From Thermodesulfobacteriota bacterium (GTDB lineage Bacteria; Desulfobacterota_D; UBA1144; Nemesobacterales; JAJCZQ01), in contig OZ244044.1 of NCBI GenBank assembly GCA_965215275.1, positions 1,568,001 through 1,632,000 on the forward strand: 64,000 nt of DNA, read 5' to 3'. The notes beneath the pieces were generated by a model. It saw nothing but the letters and a program-made list of their open reading frames with translations, ran no database searches and was not told the origin of the DNA. Position 1 is the first letter of the stretch; every line of letters begins with the position of its first letter. Below, piece by piece: positions 1-11,914 of this stretch. Position numbers and translations under genes: made by a program.

Positions 1-44
1 ACGGATCTGGACACGCTTCTTCCATCTGGGATCTCTAGGCTCAT
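1..44 (-). CDS. 5' fragment of an unidentified gene running off the window (leuA often follows pssA in this synteny)
   Basis: GGAGG RBS then ATG at 44 (MSLEIPDGRSVSRS...); only 14 codons are visible. Confidence 0.35.
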   Translation of the reverse strand, partial: MSLEIPDGRSVSRS

Positions 45-147
45 TAAGTCCTCCTTATATAAATTTGAAGATATAAGTACAAAGGTGATCAGGATGATAA
101 ACTTTTTCATCAGGGATAAATAAAAACTTCGTGATTTGATCTTGAGG

Positions 148-996
148 CTATGTTTTTGGCTTGATCAGATTGGTGTATTTTTTCTCCGTCTCCGATTTTT
201 TCCAGGCTCTGCGCTTTTTAATAAGATTGTAAGCGTATATGAACAGTCCAGATAAAAAATAAGAATAAACTATGATTATCACCATTGCGGATGGATTAGA
301 AACGATGGCCGTTATGATTATTGCTGCAATTACCAGTACGTTGAACTGTCCCTTCATCCTTAACGTGTAGATCTTTCTGTAAGGGAGATTACTGACCATT
401 AAGATCCCTACGACCGGAGGTAAGATCAGATAATACCATACGAGCTCCTGAGTTGGTAAGCGATGAAAGTCCGCAAGGAGCATTATCGGTGCGAACATCA
501 GTCCTGCTGCCATCGGGCTCGGCAGCCCCGAGAAGCTGTTTTTTTCTTCGTTATTGACCTGAATGTTAAATCTTGCAAGCCTTAATGCAACACATACTAT
601 GTATAAAAGCAGGGCCATAAGGCCCATCTCGCCCATGTTCATAAGACACCAGACGTATACCAGGACCGCTGGAGCAACCCCGAACGAGACCATGTCCGAC
701 AAAGAGTCATAAGATACCCCGAACTTACTTTCTGAACCGAGTGCACGTGCGATCTTGCCGTCGAGCATATCAAACACGATCGCCAGTGCAATAAAGCCCG
801 CTGCCCACCAGAACTTATCGTGCAGCTTGTCCAGCGGAAAACCGGGAGTGACCTTTGCGGATAAGATCTGCAGGGACTGCATGATCGATGCCAGCCCCAG
901 GGTCAGGCTGCAGGTCGTTATGATATTAGGCAGTAAAGGGATGAGCTTTTCCCTTTTCAGTCTTTTTTTGCTTAATCTCTTTTTTCTATTAACCAT
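148..996 (-). CDS. pssA: CDP-diacylglycerol--serine O-phosphatidyltransferase
   Basis: CDP-alcohol phosphotransferase motif DMLDGKIAR...G...DSLSD; follows psd. Confidence 0.92.
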   Translation of the reverse strand: MVNRKKRLSKKRLKREKLIPLLPNIITTCSLTLGLASIMQSLQILSAKVTPGFPLDKLHDKFWWAAGFIALAIVFDMLDGKIARALGSESKFGVSYDSLSDMVSFGVAPAVLVYVWCLMNMGEMGLMALLLYIVCVALRLARFNIQVNNEEKNSFSGLPSPMAAGLMFAPIMLLADFHRLPTQELVWYYLILPPVVGILMVSNLPYRKIYTLRMKGQFNVLVIAAIIITAIVSNPSAMVIIIVYSYFLSGLFIYAYNLIKKRRAWKKSETEKKYTNLIKPKT

Positions 997-1627
997 GCTA
1001 TTACGGTTTCCCCTGCCTTTACCTTATCACCTTCCCGAACCTCCGTTACGGAACCAGCGGGCAGGTATATGTCCATCCTCGAACCAAATTTTATTATTCC
1101 AAATCTCTCACCCTGATTATAATAACTGCCTACGCCGGCATGTGACACGATCCTGCGAGCTAAAAAGCCGGCAACCTGTGAAAATACTATTTTAAGACCT
1201 TTGTCAAGTTCTACCAGGGTAAGCAGTTGTTCATTTTCACTGGACAGTTCCTTATCATACGCCAGATTGTATTTGCCGTGTTTATATTTTGTAGCCAGGA
1301 CCTTTCCGGAAACGGGAAAGCGATTTACGTGACAGTCAAGAATGGACAGGAATATGCTTATTTTCCGGCAGTCTTTCTTTAAAAATTCCGGCTCGTCAGA
1401 GGTCGATATATCTATTACTTTACCATCGGCGGGTGATACAACGGCATCCGGGTCATTGACCGTGTTCCTTTCAGGGTCTCTGAAAAAGAAGATCAGACAG
1501 GCCGTCAGTACCAGGAGAACAAGGGATAATGACGGAAGTTCCAGAAGGGCCAGTATCCAGCCTGAAACTCCCACTCCCAGTATAACGGTCAGACCTTCAG
1601 GAGATATTCCTGTAAATTTTTTAGTCA

Positions 1628-1628
<1 letters not shown>
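972..1628 (-). CDS. psd: Phosphatidylserine decarboxylase proenzyme
   Basis: FFRDPER, SPADG, HVNRFP and FGSRMD cleavage motif. Confidence 0.93.
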
Positions 1629-3149
<1,521 letters not shown>

Positions 3150-3214
3150 TTTTAACCTTCCATCCTTAAGGGGATATGATTAAAGCAAGGATAATACATG
3201 CTTTTTTCCAGCTT

Positions 3215-4921
3215 TCATGCAACGTCGACCGGCTGCATTATCATGTCGTTCATTGCTCCTCCCGGAGTTATCATCGGATAAACCATCTCCGTGGGGTCCA
3301 CGACTATTTCCATAAGCACGACCCCTTCGGTATTTATCCCTTCCTTCAGCGTGGGTTCCAGTTCTTCCGGTTTTTCGGCTTTTATGCCCTTTGCTCCAAA
3401 GGCTTGTGCCAGCTTGACGAAATCCGGCAGCACTTCGAACTTGGAGGAAGAGTAGTTACTTTCAAAGAACATGGTCTGCCACTGCCTTACCATTCCGTGA
3501 TGCTGATTATTAAATACGATGATCTTCAGGTCCATATCGTTCTCGACCGCCGTTGCAAGTTCCTGAAAGTTCATCTGAAAGCTCCCGTCGCCGCATACTG
3601 CAATGACCAGGTCGTCGGGTTTTGCGAATTTAGCTCCCATGGCAGCGGGAAATCCAAATCCCATCGTTCCCAGTCCTCCGGAATTTATCCAGGTCCTGGG
3701 TTTTGTAAATTTATAGAACTGAGCAAGCCACATCTGATGCTGACCCACGTCTGACACGATGATCGCGTCCCCCTTTGTAAGTTTAGACAGCAGATCGATC
3801 GTATAAGAGGTCGAGATCATATCTCCGTTCTGGTTGGGAAGAAGAGGATGTGTCCTGTCCCACTCGTTTATCTGATCTATCCATGCCTTGTGATCTTTGC
3901 CGGTATTTTCCGGCAGTTTTTCCAGAAGCTGTTTCAGTATCTGCTTTGCATCTCCGACTATCGGACAGTGCACCGTTATATTCTTGTCGATCGTTGCAGG
4001 GTCTATATCAATATGGATGATCTTTGCCTTGGGGGCGAATTCATCGAATTTTCCGCCAGTTGCCCTGTCGTCGAACCTTGCTCCGATGGATATGACAAGA
4101 TCGGACTCATGAACCGCCATGTTGGATGCATAAGAACCGTGCATGCCAAGAAAGTTTACGTACATCGGATTGCTTGGTGGCAGAGCACCCAGGCCCATTA
4201 AGGTGGAGCAGAGAGGGATCTGCATTCTTTCCACAAGCTGCGTGAGTTCGTCCGTTGCATTTGCACAGATCACTCCGCCTCCGCAGAAGACCACTGGCCT
4301 TTCTGATCTCGTTATAAGATCTACCGCTTTTTTGATCTGAGATGGATTGCCTTTTAAATTGGGCTTGTATCCGCGGATGTTTATCTCTTTCGGTATTACA
4401 AATTCATCCTCACCGACCAGAACGTCTTTGGGCATATCAACGAGCACGGGACTGGGTCTTCCGGTCGTTGCAATATGAAATGCCTCGAGCATTGTGCCGG
4501 GCAGGTCGGCCGTTTTTCTTACAAGGTAGTTGTGTTTGGTGCAGGGCATCGTAATACCTATATGATCGGCTTCCTGGAACGCGTCGCTGCCCAGGTACTG
4601 CGTGGGAACCTGTCCCGTAAAGATAACTACGGGAGAGGAGTCCATCTGAGCGGTTGCTATACCCGTCACGGTGTTTGTAGCGGCTGGTCCGGAGGTGCAG
4701 AGTACCACGCCGGCCTTTCCTGAAGCCCTAGCGTAACCATCGGCCATATGCGTTGCAGCCTGTTCATGTCTTGCAAGCACGTGTCGTATCCTGTCCGTGT
4801 AACCGGTCATTACGTCATAAACTTTGAGCACGTAGCCACCGGGCAGTCCAAAGACAACGTCTACTCCCTGGTGAAGAAGTGTTTCAAAAAACATCTGTGC
4901 TCCAAGCATCCTCTTAGCCAT
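3215..4921 (-). CDS. ilvB: Acetolactate synthase large subunit
   Basis: RHEQAATHMADGYAR, TPP motif GDGSFQMN, SGGLGTMGFG. Confidence 0.97.
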   Translation of the reverse strand: MAKRMLGAQMFFETLLHQGVDVVFGLPGGYVLKVYDVMTGYTDRIRHVLARHEQAATHMADGYARASGKAGVVLCTSGPAATNTVTGIATAQMDSSPVVIFTGQVPTQYLGSDAFQEADHIGITMPCTKHNYLVRKTADLPGTMLEAFHIATTGRPSPVLVDMPKDVLVGEDEFVIPKEINIRGYKPNLKGNPSQIKKAVDLITRSERPVVFCGGGVICANATDELTQLVERMQIPLCSTLMGLGALPPSNPMYVNFLGMHGSYASNMAVHESDLVISIGARFDDRATGGKFDEFAPKAKIIHIDIDPATIDKNITVHCPIVGDAKQILKQLLEKLPENTGKDHKAWIDQINEWDRTHPLLPNQNGDMISTSYTIDLLSKLTKGDAIIVSDVGQHQMWLAQFYKFTKPRTWINSGGLGTMGFGFPAAMGAKFAKPDDLVIAVCGDGSFQMNFQELATAVENDMDLKIIVFNNQHHGMVRQWQTMFFESNYSSSKFEVLPDFVKLAQAFGAKGIKAEKPEELEPTLKEGINTEGVVLMEIVVDPTEMVYPMITPGGAMNDMIMQPVDVA

Positions 4922-5036
4922 TATAAACTCCCTTAGGGTCTGCGGTCTTGATCGTTCAATCCCAGATTAAAATATTTACATTAAAAAAGATATTGTAATA
5001 TGTATAATTCTATTTTTCAATTTTGTTGGTCTTATA

Positions 5037-5708
5037 TCAGTTCGTACTTGCCGGCCTTTTGATATAGCTGGGAGTTAACGTCATAGGGTCATCTTCAATA
5101 CCTTCTTTCAACTTACTGTAACCTATAAGTGCACAATGCGACGACCTGGGGTTGTTAAACGATCTTCCGGCTATTATTGCAAGACCTTTCATATGCTCGT
5201 TTAAAACGTCTTGATAGATCGGAACTGCATCTCCGACGAATATGGTTTTTTCATTTAAGCCGCTGCACAGGTCCTTGATCGTTTGAACTTTTTCATCCCT
5301 GATCTGCCTGATAGTTCCGCTGCGATATTCAAATACCGATGAGTATACTTCATTCCGCTTGGCGTCCGTTAACGTGCATATTTTTCTGTCAGTGCAGGGA
5401 ACGTTCAACGCCAGGACCTCAAGCGACGATACTCCGATAATCTGCAGTTTAAGTGCGTAGGCAAAGGATTTTGCCGTTACAACCCCGACCCTGAGAGAGG
5501 TGAACGAACCAGGACCGATGGACACGGCTATGCCCTGCAGTTCATATCTTTTTATATTCAGGGTTTTAAGCAGCCAGTCGATCGAGGAAGTTATGTTCTC
5601 TGAGTGCACGGGACCTAAGTTCAGAAGGCACTCTCCAAGTAACCTGTTATCTTCAGTAACTGATACGCTGCCCAGATGGGATGACGTGTCTATGCCAAGT
5701 AGTTTCAT
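5037..5708 (-). CDS. tsaB: tRNA threonylcarbamoyladenosine biosynthesis protein TsaB
   Basis: LGIDTS, GPGSFTSLR, DAKRNEVY. Confidence 0.93.
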   Translation of the reverse strand: MKLLGIDTSSHLGSVSVTEDNRLLGECLLNLGPVHSENITSSIDWLLKTLNIKRYELQGIAVSIGPGSFTSLRVGVVTAKSFAYALKLQIIGVSSLEVLALNVPCTDRKICTLTDAKRNEVYSSVFEYRSGTIRQIRDEKVQTIKDLCSGLNEKTIFVGDAVPIYQDVLNEHMKGLAIIAGRSFNNPRSSHCALIGYSKLKEGIEDDPMTLTPSYIKRPASTN

Positions 5709-6027
5709 ATTTATAAGAAGAACGAACGTCCTGACGTTTCAGCTGTGCTGTGAAGTCCCCTGTACATTAACAGCCGTGTATTTTCTGCATGCAGCCTGAT
5801 CCGTTACACGTTCGGACTTTTTACAGGAAGTGCTCATGAAGTGATCTGCTTCTTAATTTTGAACGTCCTTATTTAAGCGGGACCACTTTTTGACCTTACG
5901 TACCTTATCATTTACTTTGCAGAACAGAGCCGGTTTACCTTATAAGCGGCAGACCCGGTGCATCAGGCCGTCCGGCGGGTATTAGTATTAACTGACTTAT
6001 TAATACTGATCCGGCCGTTCCTGATCA

Positions 6028-7077
6028 CTATCCGTTACTTTGTCCCTGTCTGCCATTCCTGTTCGGTACTCCACTTTCTTCTAATATCTTAAAATATATT
6101 TCCTTTCTTATTTCGGGGTTTTCAATTAAGAAGTTTTTGGCATTTTCCTTTCCCTGACCAAGCTTTTCGTCCTTATAGGAGACCCAGGTCCCGCTTCTGT
6201 CCAGAACCTTATATTTTATTCCCAGGTCCACCAGTTCGCTTAACTGGGATATCCCTTTTCCGAAGATCAGATCAAGTTCTGCTTCTCTGAACGGCGGAGC
6301 CACTTTGTTCTTGGTTACTTTGACCCGGACCCTGTTTGCCAGGATCTTGTCCCCGTCCTTCAGGGATGCGATCTTTTTTACCTCCATTCTTACCGATGCA
6401 GAAAATTTAAGTGCCTTTCCTCCTGGCGTGGTCGTGGGGTTGCCATAGATCGGGCGACTCTCGATCCTCATACGGGTCTGGTTGGTAAAGATAACGACCG
6501 TTTTGGACTTGTTGATAGTTGCGGTCATTTTTCTGAGTGCCTGAGACATCAGCCTTGCCTGCAGGCCCACGTGCGCGGCTCCCATATCACCTTCGATCTC
6601 GGCCCGTGGCGTCAGGGCCGCGACCGAGTCAAGCACTATAGTGTCCACCGCACCGCTTCTTAGCAGGGAATCCACTATCTCAAGTGCTTCTTCACCACTC
6701 TCCGGCTGAGATACCAGCAGGTCATCGACCTTTACGCCGAGATTCCTGGCATATACTGCGTCAAGTGCGTGTTCGACGTCTACAAAAGCCGCAATTCCTC
6801 CCGCCTTTTGTGCTTCTGCGATCGAATGGAGCGTTATGGTCGTTTTGCCAGTGGATTCCTCTCCATATATCTCAACTATCCTTCCTCTCGGCAGTCCTCC
6901 GACCCCAAGTGCAATATCCATTCCCAGCGAACCGGTTGAGATCACGGAGAGACTTAAGGCAGGAGTATCTGCTCCCAGTCTCATTATAGAACCTTTACCA
7001 AACTGTTTTTCAATAGAGGAGATCGCAATATCTATGGATTTTTCTCTATCATCTTTTACCTTGCTGTTCTTGGGCAT
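6028..7077 (-). CDS. recA: Recombinase RecA
   Basis: [37 protein letters not shown]. Confidence 0.99.
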   Translation of the reverse strand: MPKNSKVKDDREKSIDIAISSIEKQFGKGSIMRLGADTPALSLSVISTGSLGMDIALGVGGLPRGRIVEIYGEESTGKTTITLHSIAEAQKAGGIAAFVDVEHALDAVYARNLGVKVDDLLVSQPESGEEALEIVDSLLRSGAVDTIVLDSVAALTPRAEIEGDMGAAHVGLQARLMSQALRKMTATINKSKTVVIFTNQTRMRIESRPIYGNPTTTPGGKALKFSASVRMEVKKIASLKDGDKILANRVRVKVTKNKVAPPFREAELDLIFGKGISQLSELVDLGIKYKVLDRSGTWVSYKDEKLGQGKENAKNFLIENPEIRKEIYFKILEESGVPNRNGRQGQSNG

Positions 7078-7095
7078 AGTCGTTCCTTTGATTAT

Positions 7096-8355
7096 TTAAG
7101 TGTTAGAATCATTATCTACTTTTCTTCTTATAATATCAAGTGCATACTTACTCGATGCCATCTTAATATCTTTTCTTGTTCCGTTAAATCTGTATTTTTG
7201 AGAACAGGGGGGTTCTTCTTTATAGGCCATTCCTATGTAAACGGTGCCAACTGGTTTTTCCCTGCTGCCCCCTCCTGGTCCCGCAACGCCGGAGATCGCA
7301 ACCCCTATATCAGCACCGCTCAGGTCCTTAATTCCCTCGGCCATCGCTTCTACCACCTGAGAACTGACGGCACCGTGTTCAGTGATGAGCTCTTCATCCA
7401 CTTTCAGCAGTTCAGACTTTGAAGCATTGTTGTAACTTATAACTCCTCTTACAAAATAAGCGGAGCTGCCCGGTACGTCGGTGAGAATGCTCGCGAGCAG
7501 TCCACCGGTGCATGATTCAGCGGTTGCCACAGTTAAGTTATTTTCAAAGAGAAGTTTTGAAACTACCTCTTCCATACTTTCGTCTTCAGCCGTGAACACG
7601 TGTTTTCCAAGCCTGTCCTTTAACAGGTACGTGTATTTGTCTATGTTCTTGCCTGCCGGTCCTTCATCTTCGTCCTTTGAAGTTAATCTGAGGTGTATTT
7701 CAGGGTAGTATATCCTGTAGCTTATCTCCACGTTATCAAACACGATACCGCTTAGCCTCGTTGCTATCTCCGATTCACCAAGGCCAACCGTTTTAATGGT
7801 CCTTGTGGTGACCCTTGGACTTATGTTCAGACAGCCGAGTTCGTTAAGTACGTCAGGGAACACAAAGTTTGTAACCATGGATCTGAACTCTCCGGGAATT
7901 CCGGGAAGAAAGTAGAAAGAGCGTTTACCCTTAACGAGTTTAAAACCGGAAGAGGTACCGACCTCGTTTTTAATAACGAGGGAATTTTCCGGGAACATTG
8001 CCTGTTTTCTGTGTACGGAAAGGACTTTCCTGCCTCTTTCGTGCAGTTTGCTCTCGATCTTTTTAAATTCTTCCTCGTTAAAGACAAGAGGGGCGTTAAA
8101 AAAACTGGAAGCTGCCGACGCGGTCAGGTCATCGTCCGTAGGTCCCAGCCCTCCCGTGACTATTACAAAGTCCGACCTTCCTGACGCGTTTTTCAGTGCG
8201 GAGAGAATATCGTCCTTATCGTCTCCTGTGGAGCAGTGATGTCTGATCGTCAGGCCATGGTCGGTGAACTTTTTCGCCGTCCATGAAAAATTAGTGTCAA
8301 CGGTCAGACCTGACATTATCTCATTACCTGTGGATATGAATTCAACGTTTTTCAT
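7096..8355 (-). CDS. cinA: Competence/damage-inducible protein CinA (NMN deamidase fusion)
   Basis: TGGLGPTDDDLT and AESCTGG motifs; pgpA-cinA-recA synteny. Confidence 0.94.
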   Translation of the reverse strand: MKNVEFISTGNEIMSGLTVDTNFSWTAKKFTDHGLTIRHHCSTGDDKDDILSALKNASGRSDFVIVTGGLGPTDDDLTASAASSFFNAPLVFNEEEFKKIESKLHERGRKVLSVHRKQAMFPENSLVIKNEVGTSSGFKLVKGKRSFYFLPGIPGEFRSMVTNFVFPDVLNELGCLNISPRVTTRTIKTVGLGESEIATRLSGIVFDNVEISYRIYYPEIHLRLTSKDEDEGPAGKNIDKYTYLLKDRLGKHVFTAEDESMEEVVSKLLFENNLTVATAESCTGGLLASILTDVPGSSAYFVRGVISYNNASKSELLKVDEELITEHGAVSSQVVEAMAEGIKDLSGADIGVAISGVAGPGGGSREKPVGTVYIGMAYKEEPPCSQKYRFNGTRKDIKMASSKYALDIIRRKVDNDSNT

Positions 8356-8367
8356 AGTCTTTGACCG

Positions 8368-8829
8368 TTATTTCATTACAGTAAAATAGTTTATACAGAT
8401 AAGTATCAGGTTTGTGTAGACCCCGGCGGCAATATCGTCCATAACGATACCATAACCTCCTTTTAACCTCTCAAGCCAGTTTACCGGAAAGGGTTTTACA
8501 ATATCGAACGCTCTGAACAGAACAAAGCCTGTTATAATATTTACAGCGGTCGGTTCAATGAGCGCCATCGCCACAAGGTATCCGACGACTTCGTCCAGTA
8601 CCACTTCTTTCGGGTCGTTGTTTTTATATATTTTTATGGCCTTAAAAGATAAGAATATACAGAGTACGGACAGGACCACTACCAGGAGAAGGTACTGAAG
8701 ATCTGTCAAGGACCGGGACATGACATAGTAAAGGGGCAAAGCCCCGATAGTACCGCAGGAACCGGGAGCAAAAGGTGAATAACCCAGATAGAAAAAACTT
8801 GTAAGAGCGGTTATCAGTCTGTTTGTCAA
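8368..8829 (-). CDS. pgpA: Phosphatidylglycerophosphatase A
   Basis: PFAPGS, DPKEVVLDEVVG, FRAFDIVKP, DDIAAG. Confidence 0.95.
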   Translation of the reverse strand: MTNRLITALTSFFYLGYSPFAPGSCGTIGALPLYYVMSRSLTDLQYLLLVVVLSVLCIFLSFKAIKIYKNNDPKEVVLDEVVGYLVAMALIEPTAVNIITGFVLFRAFDIVKPFPVNWLERLKGGYGIVMDDIAAGVYTNLILICINYFTVMK

Positions 8830-8952
8830 TTTACTTTAGACCTTGTTAAAAAAACAGGGAATGAAAAATGATAGGTTTCCTTTAATGTTTTTTCAATTTC
8901 GTTTACAATAATTTTATCTTGTTTAAAAGCAAATTTTATTCCAAAGACCAAA

Positions 8953-9744
8953 ATGGCAAAAACGATATGCGTTGTAAATCAAAAAGGTGGCGTGGGAAAG
9001 ACGACCACCGCTGTAAATCTCGGAGCATCCCTGGCTGCTGCTGATAAAAAAACCCTGATCGTGGATTTTGATCCCCAGGGGAATGCATCGAGCGGACTTG
9101 GTCTGGAAAAGCAGGATATTGAGAAGAACATATACGGTGCCCTGATCGGAGAGATAAACATTAAAGAAGCTATATATCCGGTTCATAAGGACAGCTTGAA
9201 CGACTTTCTGCACGTTTCTCCTTCTAATACGGAACTGACCGGTGCTGAAGTGGAGCTGCTTCACGTTGATGATAAGGAGTCCATATTAAAGAACATGCTT
9301 TTTATGATCAAAGATGATTATGAATACGTTATAATCGACTGTCCTCCTTCGCTTGGTATATTGACGATCAACGCGCTGACCGCTGCAGATTCGGTCCTCG
9401 TGCCGATCCAGTGTGAGTACTACGCACTGGAAGGTCTTGGGCAGCTTCAGAGCATTCTTTCCCTGGTACGCCAGAGGCTCAACGCAGACCTTAAGGTCGA
9501 AGGATATCTTCTTACTATGTTCGATACCAGAAATAACATCTGCCATTCCGTTGCGAACGAGATCAAAAGCTATTTTAACGAACAGGTGTTCGAGTCTGTA
9601 ATTACAAGGAACGTTAAGTTGGCCGAGGCTCCGAGTTTTGGTAAACCCTTAATGCTTTACGACGTCAGGTCCACGGGTTCGGAAAACTATCTTTCGCTGG
9701 CAAGAGAGATCATTATGCGTGAAAATGGAGGTCCGCCGCTTTGA
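8953..9744 (+). CDS. parA: Chromosome partitioning ATPase ParA/Soj
   Basis: NQKGGVGKTTT, DPQGNAS, QCEYYALEG, EAPSFG. Confidence 0.96.
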   Translation: MAKTICVVNQKGGVGKTTTAVNLGASLAAADKKTLIVDFDPQGNASSGLGLEKQDIEKNIYGALIGEINIKEAIYPVHKDSLNDFLHVSPSNTELTGAEVELLHVDDKESILKNMLFMIKDDYEYVIIDCPPSLGILTINALTAADSVLVPIQCEYYALEGLGQLQSILSLVRQRLNADLKVEGYLLTMFDTRNNICHSVANEIKSYFNEQVFESVITRNVKLAEAPSFGKPLMLYDVRSTGSENYLSLAREIIMRENGGPPL

Positions 9745-10601
9745 AAAAATCCGGACTGGGCAGAGGACTGGACGCTTTAATACCGCGGAGGGATACGGAA
9801 GATACCCAGACCGGTACCGGTGTAAGAACGCTCCCGATAGAAAGGCTCATACCCAATAAACTGCAGCCTAGAAAGACGTTCGACGGCTCATCTATCGAAG
9901 AACTTGCAGAGTCAATAAAGGAACAGGGCATCCTTCAGCCTCTTTTAGTGAGAAAAAAAGGTGACCTGTATGAAATAATAGCAGGAGAAAGGAGATGGAG
10001 AGCATCTCAGGTGGCTGGGATCAGGAACGTACCTGTAATGGTCAGTGAGCTGGACGAAACGGAAATGCTTGAGGTCGCACTTGTGGAAAATCTTCAACGT
10101 GAGGACCTCAATCCGATCGAAGAAGGGGAAGCGTATCAGCAGTTGATAGATAACCACGGGCTGACCCATGAAGATATATCAAAAAGAATAGGGAAAAACA
10201 GATCAACTATATCGAATCAGCTACGCCTTCTGAAGTTGTCCGTTAATGCAAAAGAGGCTTTGATGTCCGGTCTGATCTCCTCCGGTCATGCACGTGCCCT
10301 TGTTACTTTGGAAGATCATACTGAAATAGATAAGGTGCTCAATACTGTAATTCAGAAAAAATTATCTGTCAGACAAACTGAAAATCAGGTTAAGTCCTTA
10401 AAGAAATTAAAGTCATCCGACCAGAAAAGTGAAGATACCTCATCGGGGAACGATGTATTTATAAACACCTTGATAGAGGAACTTAAAAGAGCACTGGGGA
10501 CCAAAGTCCGTATAAAGGGTAAAAGAGGCACGGGTAAGATCGAGATCCAGTACTATTCCGAGGATGAGTTTGAAAGATTAATAGAACTTCTCACTAAGTA
10601 A
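9741..10601 (+). CDS. parB: Chromosome partitioning protein ParB/Spo0J
   Basis: GLGRGLDAL, AGERRWRA, ENLQREDL. Confidence 0.96.
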   Translation: MKKSGLGRGLDALIPRRDTEDTQTGTGVRTLPIERLIPNKLQPRKTFDGSSIEELAESIKEQGILQPLLVRKKGDLYEIIAGERRWRASQVAGIRNVPVMVSELDETEMLEVALVENLQREDLNPIEEGEAYQQLIDNHGLTHEDISKRIGKNRSTISNQLRLLKLSVNAKEALMSGLISSGHARALVTLEDHTEIDKVLNTVIQKKLSVRQTENQVKSLKKLKSSDQKSEDTSSGNDVFINTLIEELKRALGTKVRIKGKRGTGKIEIQYYSEDEFERLIELLTK

Positions 10602-10636
10602 ACAGTGTCGTTTAGTGACGTCAACGTGGAATTTCA

Positions 10637-10900
10637 ATGAAAAAATTTCTGGCCAGAGTTGAAGTGAGATTGAAGCCGGTCGTTCTGGACCCTCAGGGAA
10701 AGACGGTCCTTTCCGCTCTTCACAATCTTGGTTATGAACAGGTTACAGATTTGAGGATTGGAAAACTTATAGAGCTGAAACTTAAAGCCGACTCCTTGAA
10801 TGAAGCAAATGGTTTGGTGGACGATATGTGTAATAAACTGCTGACGAACACCGTGATCGAGTTCTATACCGTTAATATTGAAGAGGAGCATAGTGGCTAA
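10637..10900 (+). CDS. purS: FGAM synthase subunit PurS
   Basis: VLDPQGK, LLTNTVIE; precedes purQ. Confidence 0.95.
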   Translation: MKKFLARVEVRLKPVVLDPQGKTVLSALHNLGYEQVTDLRIGKLIELKLKADSLNEANGLVDDMCNKLLTNTVIEFYTVNIEEEHSG

Positions 10901-11591
10901 GTTCGGAGTTGTGGTGTTTCCCGGTTCCAACTGTGACCGGGACTGCTATTACGTACTTAAAGATTTTTTACGTCAGAGTTGTGAATATATCTGGCATCAG
11001 GACACCTGTCTGGATGATCTTGACTGTATATTGATCCCAGGTGGTTTTTCCTACGGTGATTATCTCAGAACGGGGGCTATAGCCAGATTTTCTCCGATTA
11101 TGGGAGCAGTAAAGGAATTTGCTGAAAATGGAAAACCTGTAATTGGAATATGTAATGGATTTCAGATATTAGTTGAATCTGGGATACTTCAGGGAGCATT
11201 TGTAAAAAATTATTCATTAAAATTCGTTTGCAGGTGGACAAACCTTCTGGTTGAAAACACCGATACACCTTTTACTTGTAACTTAAAAAAGGGCGACATT
11301 ATGAGGATCCCTGTTGCACATGGGCAGGGAAATTTCTACGTTTCTGACAAGCAGCTTAAAGCTTTGAAAGAAGGTTCACAAGTGGTGTTCAGGTATTGTG
11401 ATGAAAAAGGCAATACCGGTGTCAATGATAACCCCAACGGTTCTACTTACAGTATTGCGGGAATTTGTAACCCTGATCTCAATGTAGTTGGGATGATGCC
11501 ACATCCCGAACGGTCGTGTGAAGATATAATTGGTGGTAGTCAGGGTCGGTTGATCTTTGAATCAGTCCTTTCATGGATAAAGTCTCATTAA
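10893..11591 (+). CDS. purQ: FGAM synthase glutaminase subunit PurQ
   Basis: FPGSNCD, GGFSYGDYLR, GICNGFQ, MMPHPER; GTG start at 10893 after GAGGAG. Confidence 0.96.
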   Translation: MAKFGVVVFPGSNCDRDCYYVLKDFLRQSCEYIWHQDTCLDDLDCILIPGGFSYGDYLRTGAIARFSPIMGAVKEFAENGKPVIGICNGFQILVESGILQGAFVKNYSLKFVCRWTNLLVENTDTPFTCNLKKGDIMRIPVAHGQGNFYVSDKQLKALKEGSQVVFRYCDEKGNTGVNDNPNGSTYSIAGICNPDLNVVGMMPHPERSCEDIIGGSQGRLIFESVLSWIKSH

Positions 11592-11655
11592 CTGTCTGCA
11601 CAAGTACGGGTATAGATCTTCAGGTAATTCTCATAGACGTTACAGGAGATCACAC

Positions 11656-11685
11656 TTGACATCCGTTCATAATACTTGGTAAAAT
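11656..11685 (+). promoter_or_regulatory. Sigma70-type promoter of S8-like paralog 1
   Basis: TTGACA-N18-TAAAAT with TG extension; same layout upstream of paralog 2. Confidence 0.65.
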
Positions 11686-11731
11686 ATCAATGTTATGAAA
11701 AATCCAAACATAAAAACACATAGTTCCATTA

Positions 11732-11811
11732 CCCCCCCCCCGTGTATACCTGAACTTTCAGCCTGGTATAAGTATTCTGTAAGAGCAATGTTTAAGATAA
11801 TACCCCCCCCC
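11732..11811 (+). repeat. Two poly-C tracts (C10 at 11732-11741, C9 at 11803-11811), candidate phase-variation switch
   Basis: C9 puts ATG 11695/11788 out of frame with the signal peptide and main ORF; C8 would restore it. Confidence 0.65.
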
Positions 11812-11914
11812 ATCTAAGTCGTTACTAACCTTAGTCTTATTTCTTCTGTTTATACTGGTAATAGCTGCAAAAGGGCAGAGCAGCCTGGAAGAAACATTAT
11901 CTGAATGCAGAGGT

